Below are positions 60,335 through 64,000 of a stretch of DNA of 64,000 nt, one piece after another; the stretch's first letter is position 1, and each line of letters starts with the position of its first letter. The translations under genes were made by a program, and so were the position numbers. Source of the stretch: an uncultured Verrucomicrobiae bacterium. GTDB taxonomy: Bacteria; Verrucomicrobiota; Verrucomicrobiia; Chthoniobacterales; UBA10450. The stretch is from positions 128,001-192,000 of the forward strand of contig CAVYXA010000005.1 of the NCBI GenBank assembly GCA_963772365.1, read 5' to 3'. Below the pieces are notes generated by a model. The model was given only the letters and a program-made list of their open reading frames with translations. It did not search any database and had not been told where the DNA came from.

Positions 60335-62239
60335 GTGAAGATACAAATCGCAGCGCAGGACCCGTCTATTCGCGACCAGGTCGGAATTGATAAGCTGAAA
60401 GCGAGCCTGAAAAACCATTTCGGTTATTCCGAGTTTCGGCCGTTGCAGGAGGACATTATTCGCGATGCGCTAGCCGGGCGGGATGTTTTTGTGTTGATGC
60501 CGACGGGCGGTGGCAAGTCGCTTTGTTTCCAGTTGCCAGCGTTGATGCGCGATGGGCTGACGATTGTCGTGTCGCCGCTGATTTCGTTGATGAAAGATCA
60601 AGTCGATGCGCTGCAAACGAGCGGGATTGCTGCCACATTCCTGAACTCGACGCTGGATCGACAAGAAGCGACTGCGCGATGGCGTGCGCTGCATCGAGGC
60701 GAGTACCGGATGCTCTATGTCGCACCGGAGCGATTGATGCTCGATACGTTTCTGGAGCGGGCCTTGAATTGGAATATCGCGCAATTCGCCATCGACGAGG
60801 CGCATTGCATCAGCGAGTGGGGCCACGATTTTCGGCCGGAATATCGCGAGCTCAAAAAATTGCACCGACATTTTCCCGATGTGCCGGTGATGGCATTGAC
60901 AGCCACGGCAACCGAACGGGTCCGGGCCGATATCATCAAGCAACTGCAACTGCGCGAACCGCAATGTTACGTGGCCAGTTTCAACCGGGCTAACTTGTCC
61001 TATCGGGTCATTCCCAAATCGGCGCCTTACGAGCAGGTTCTCTCGTTCATACGCGCGCGGCCAAACGAAAGTGCGATTGTTTATTGCGCGAGCAGAAAAG
61101 GCGCCGAATCGCTGGCGCGGAATCTCAATGAAGATGGTGTGAGCACAAAGCCGTATCATGCCGGGCTCACCACAGTTGAACGTACCAAGCATCAGGAGCT
61201 TTTCCTGCGCGACGACGTGCGCGTGATCACGGCCACGATCGCGTTCGGCATGGGTATCAACAAACCGAATGTGCGTTTTGTTGTTCATTACGATCTGCCG
61301 AAAAATCTGGAGAGCTATTATCAGGAGACGGGCCGGGCCGGGCGGGATGGATTACCGAGCGAATGCGTTTTGCTCTTCAGCGCGGCCGACGTGGTGAAGC
61401 AAACGCGCTTTATCGAGGAGAAGAGCGAGAGCGAAGCGCGCATCGCACGGGAACAGCTTCGACAAATGGTGCATTATGCCGAGACGCGGGAATGCCGCCG
61501 GTCCGTGCTTTTGCGCTATTTCGGCGAGGATTACGGGAAGCCATCATGCGACGGATGCGATAATTGTTTAGCACCGCGGGAGACTTTCGACGGGACGATT
61601 CCGGCGCAGAAATTTCTCTCGTGCGTGCATCGGGTATGCGCGAAGAGCGGTTTTGGTTTTGGATTGAATCATGTTGTCGATGTTCTCCGCGGAGCGGACA
61701 CAGAAATGATTCGGCAACGAGAACACAATAAGGTTTCCACTTACGGCATCGGAGGTGATTTGAAGCGGGAAGCATGGCAGGCAATTGGGCGTGAACTGTT
61801 GCGGCTCGGGTTAATTGAGTGCGCGCCCGGCAAGTTCGCGACGTTAACGTTGAGCCAAGCCGGACACGCGGCATTACGCGACCGGACGCAGATTACACTG
61901 ACCAAGCCTGTCGATGTCGCATCGAAACGGGCTCGTGGAAGCGCGGGCTCAATTGAATGCGACGAAGCACTGCTCGAAAGATTACGCGCTTTGCGCCGAA
62001 AGCTTGCCGACGATCGCGATGTGCCGGCCTACCTAATTTTCTCCGACGCCTCGCTGCGGGAAATGGCCAGAAGTTATCCCACTACGAGCAGCGAATTCCG
62101 GCGGGTTCCCGGGGTAGGCGAGCAAAAATTGAGAGATTTTGCCGCGCCGTTTCTTGCTGAGATCGCTCATTACTTGCGAAGGAATCCGAGGCGCGATTTC
62201 AGTCGAGTGCCGGCCAGCGGGAAGCGCGGCATGCGATGA
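60335..62239 (+). CDS. recQ: ATP-dependent DNA helicase RecQ
   Basis: MPTGGGKSLC, DEAHCISEWGHDFR, QETGRAGRDG, CDGCDNC, HRDC domain. Confidence 0.96.
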   Translation: MKIQIAAQDPSIRDQVGIDKLKASLKNHFGYSEFRPLQEDIIRDALAGRDVFVLMPTGGGKSLCFQLPALMRDGLTIVVSPLISLMKDQVDALQTSGIAATFLNSTLDRQEATARWRALHRGEYRMLYVAPERLMLDTFLERALNWNIAQFAIDEAHCISEWGHDFRPEYRELKKLHRHFPDVPVMALTATATERVRADIIKQLQLREPQCYVASFNRANLSYRVIPKSAPYEQVLSFIRARPNESAIVYCASRKGAESLARNLNEDGVSTKPYHAGLTTVERTKHQELFLRDDVRVITATIAFGMGINKPNVRFVVHYDLPKNLESYYQETGRAGRDGLPSECVLLFSAADVVKQTRFIEEKSESEARIAREQLRQMVHYAETRECRRSVLLRYFGEDYGKPSCDGCDNCLAPRETFDGTIPAQKFLSCVHRVCAKSGFGFGLNHVVDVLRGADTEMIRQREHNKVSTYGIGGDLKREAWQAIGRELLRLGLIECAPGKFATLTLSQAGHAALRDRTQITLTKPVDVASKRARGSAGSIECDEALLERLRALRRKLADDRDVPAYLIFSDASLREMARSYPTTSSEFRRVPGVGEQKLRDFAAPFLAEIAHYLRRNPRRDFSRVPASGKRGMR

Positions 62240-62241
62240 TG

Positions 62242-62436
62242 TCAGCGCTTTTTCTTTCGGCTTCGGGTTGGTTTACCTTTGCGCTTCGTCTTGGCCATTT
62301 TGCGGAGTTCCTTTTTGTCCATCGATTTGTACATCGATTTTGAAGCGCCCCGAAGTGACGACTTGGATTTCTTCCCGCGCTTGGCGGCGAGCGCCGCACC
62401 GGCGGCCATTTGTTGTTTCTTGGATTTTGCAGGCAT
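62242..62436 (-). CDS. DUF3008 family small basic protein
   Basis: MPAKSKKQQMAAGAALAAKRG..LRGASKSMYKSM. Confidence 0.85.
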   Translation of the reverse strand: MPAKSKKQQMAAGAALAAKRGKKSKSSLRGASKSMYKSMDKKELRKMAKTKRKGKPTRSRKKKR

Positions 62437-62512
62437 ACCCCTGAATCGGATCGGATAGACAATTTGGTTTGCCTGCGATTTCGGCGGAATCGTCGCCGGG
62501 GATCTGCCGTTG

Positions 62513-62749
62513 CTAGCTGATATGAAAGCGGCGCATCAGGTCCTCGCGCGCTTCCATTGCGATCTCTGGATTTAGGCGGCTGAGAATTTTCTCGCGCCTG
62601 TCCGGATCCATGGCAGCGAGATCGCGTACCAACCTGTCGCGTGTTTTCCATTTGGCATAACGACTCCAGCCCACACCGATCGCCAGTAGCGCAGAGATCG
62701 TCCAGACAGCAATGTCAGTTCCAGTGACCGCCATTGTTGAAAGTTTCAC
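62513..62749 (-). CDS. Small single-TM hypothetical protein
   Basis: 78-aa ORF with a TM segment followed by an amphipathic helix. Confidence 0.5.
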   Translation of the reverse strand: MKLSTMAVTGTDIAVWTISALLAIGVGWSRYAKWKTRDRLVRDLAAMDPDRREKILSRLNPEIAMEAREDLMRRFHIS

Positions 62750-62821
62750 TCACGTTGCTGGTCCTTCAACTCCTTCAGAAGGCACGCAAATAATCGATCG
62801 GGCACGAATTCTCGTACAACT

Positions 62822-63745
62822 ATGAGTACTTACGGGAAAAATGGCGGCAGTAATCAACGGCTTGAAGGGAAAGTGGCGATCATCACGGGGGCCGGCACTG
62901 GGATCGGTGAAGCGATTGCACATAAGTTTGCCAAAGAAGGCGCAGCCGTGATGGTTTGTGGATTAAAGAGCGATCCGGTGGAGGATGTCGCGGAAGCGAT
63001 CCGCAAGAATGGAGGCGAAGCGGTTGCTTTTGGAGGCGATATTTCCGAAGAAGAAACAGCAAAGGAGTGCGTCGATCTTGCGATTCAGAAATTGAAACGG
63101 CTCGATGTGCTCGTAAATAATGCCGGCGTGTTCCTCGATAACGCAATGACCGAAGATTATCCGATCGAGGATTTTGATCTCACAGTGCGAATGAATATCC
63201 GTTCCGCCTTCATGATGACGCGGTTCGCCTTGCCTCATTTGCAAAAGACGCAGGGCAACATCGTTTCGGCCGGTTCGGAATCGGGCATGATCGGTCTTGC
63301 TCAAAACACAACTTACGGCGGAACGAAGGGATGGATGCATGCATTCATGCGCGGCGTGGCGGTTGAACAGGCCCAAAACGGAGTGCGGGCGAATTGTGTT
63401 TGCCCGGGACCGATCGATACCGCATGGACCCACAAGGAAACCGGACCGATGGACAAGCAAATGGAAAAGAGCCTGGTGCAGGCGACTCCATTAGCCCGTC
63501 GTGGCACGCCGGAGGAAGTGGCCAACATTTACGCTTTTCTCGCTTCCGATGAGGCGAGCTATGTGACCGGCGCGCTCTGGACTGTCGATGGTGGAACCAC
63601 CGTCGCCAAGGGTCCGGTAGGCGATCTCGTTCCGGAATCGCGGCGCAAGGAACCGAAAGGCAAGCTCCGGCTTGAACATTCCCTGGACGGTCTGCGCAAC
63701 AAAGAAACCCATCGGATAAAGCCGACCAAGAAAGAAGCTGCCTGA
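62822..63745 (+). CDS. SDR family oxidoreductase
   Basis: TGAGTGIG, NNAG, YGGTK, PGPIDT. Confidence 0.93.
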   Translation: MSTYGKNGGSNQRLEGKVAIITGAGTGIGEAIAHKFAKEGAAVMVCGLKSDPVEDVAEAIRKNGGEAVAFGGDISEEETAKECVDLAIQKLKRLDVLVNNAGVFLDNAMTEDYPIEDFDLTVRMNIRSAFMMTRFALPHLQKTQGNIVSAGSESGMIGLAQNTTYGGTKGWMHAFMRGVAVEQAQNGVRANCVCPGPIDTAWTHKETGPMDKQMEKSLVQATPLARRGTPEEVANIYAFLASDEASYVTGALWTVDGGTTVAKGPVGDLVPESRRKEPKGKLRLEHSLDGLRNKETHRIKPTKKEAA

Positions 63746-63761
63746 CAGCGCGGGCGAAACA

Positions 63762-64000
63762 TTAATGGCCGGACGGCTGCGAAATAGCGTCCGGATGATA
63801 TTTTCGCCAGTAGCGGATTGATGCGGCGACTGCCATGTAACTCGGGTCGGCGGCTTCGTAACCTTGTACATCACTCTCGCTCGCGCCGGCTGCACGCAGT
63901 TCCGAATGTTCGAGTTTGGCGAATGTCGATCCTAGTTTCGCTTCGTCATCGCCGTCGCGGATTCTCTGGCGGAACCATTCCGACCAGCGAATGACCCGCT
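63762..64000 (-). CDS. 3' end of a gene starting beyond the window (possibly MBL-fold hydrolase)
   Basis: Hand translation RVIRWSEWFRQR..GYEAADPSYMAVAASIRYWRKYHPDAISQPSGH*. Confidence 0.5.
   Translation of the reverse strand, partial: RVIRWSEWFRQRIRDGDDEAKLGSTFAKLEHSELRAAGASESDVQGYEAADPSYMAVAASIRYWRKYHPDAISQPSGH

Overview
Bacterial DNA. The gene set (A2M-PbpC, ECF sigma plus Ser/Thr kinase, GxxExxY, many small palindromic repeats) resembles Verrucomicrobiota of the Chthoniobacterales type; this is inference, not a database result. The window has two parts. (1) About 1-29090 is probably the right part of an integrated genomic island. It ends in an excisionase-like gene, a tyrosine integrase, phased arm-type repeats and a bare 3' half of tRNA-Val(GAC) (att site). 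Its cargo is carbon and energy metabolism: phosphoketolase, class I FBP aldolase, cyclic beta-1,2-glucan synthase, a Na+/Ca2+-type exchanger, frameshifted PEP synthase, a full N-ATPase operon (atpDCQRBEF-AG), PPK2 and phosphoglucomutase. The cargo is visibly eroded, with four 5'-only gene stubs and a foreign insert between atpF and atpA. (2) About 29100-64000 is core chromosome (gmhA, mrp, pyrR-pyrB-pyrC with a PyrR RNA site, arsC, porin, secG, mazG, rlmI-like, purC, mdh, malQ, uvrD-like, pbpC, alpha-2-macroglobulin, ECF sigma/STK, recQ, SDR) with at least five palindromic repeat families. The best candidate for an undescribed system is a 467-bp unit in which a GxxExxY PD-(D/E)XK nuclease gene is bounded exactly by 33-bp inverted repeats built from CACGGAT units, with a gene-less copy of the same arms 1.7 kb away, resembling an autonomous/non-autonomous mobile pair. 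A REP doublet also sits in frame inside the rlmI-like gene. No CRISPR array or rRNA was seen. All homology calls come from motif recognition, without searches.
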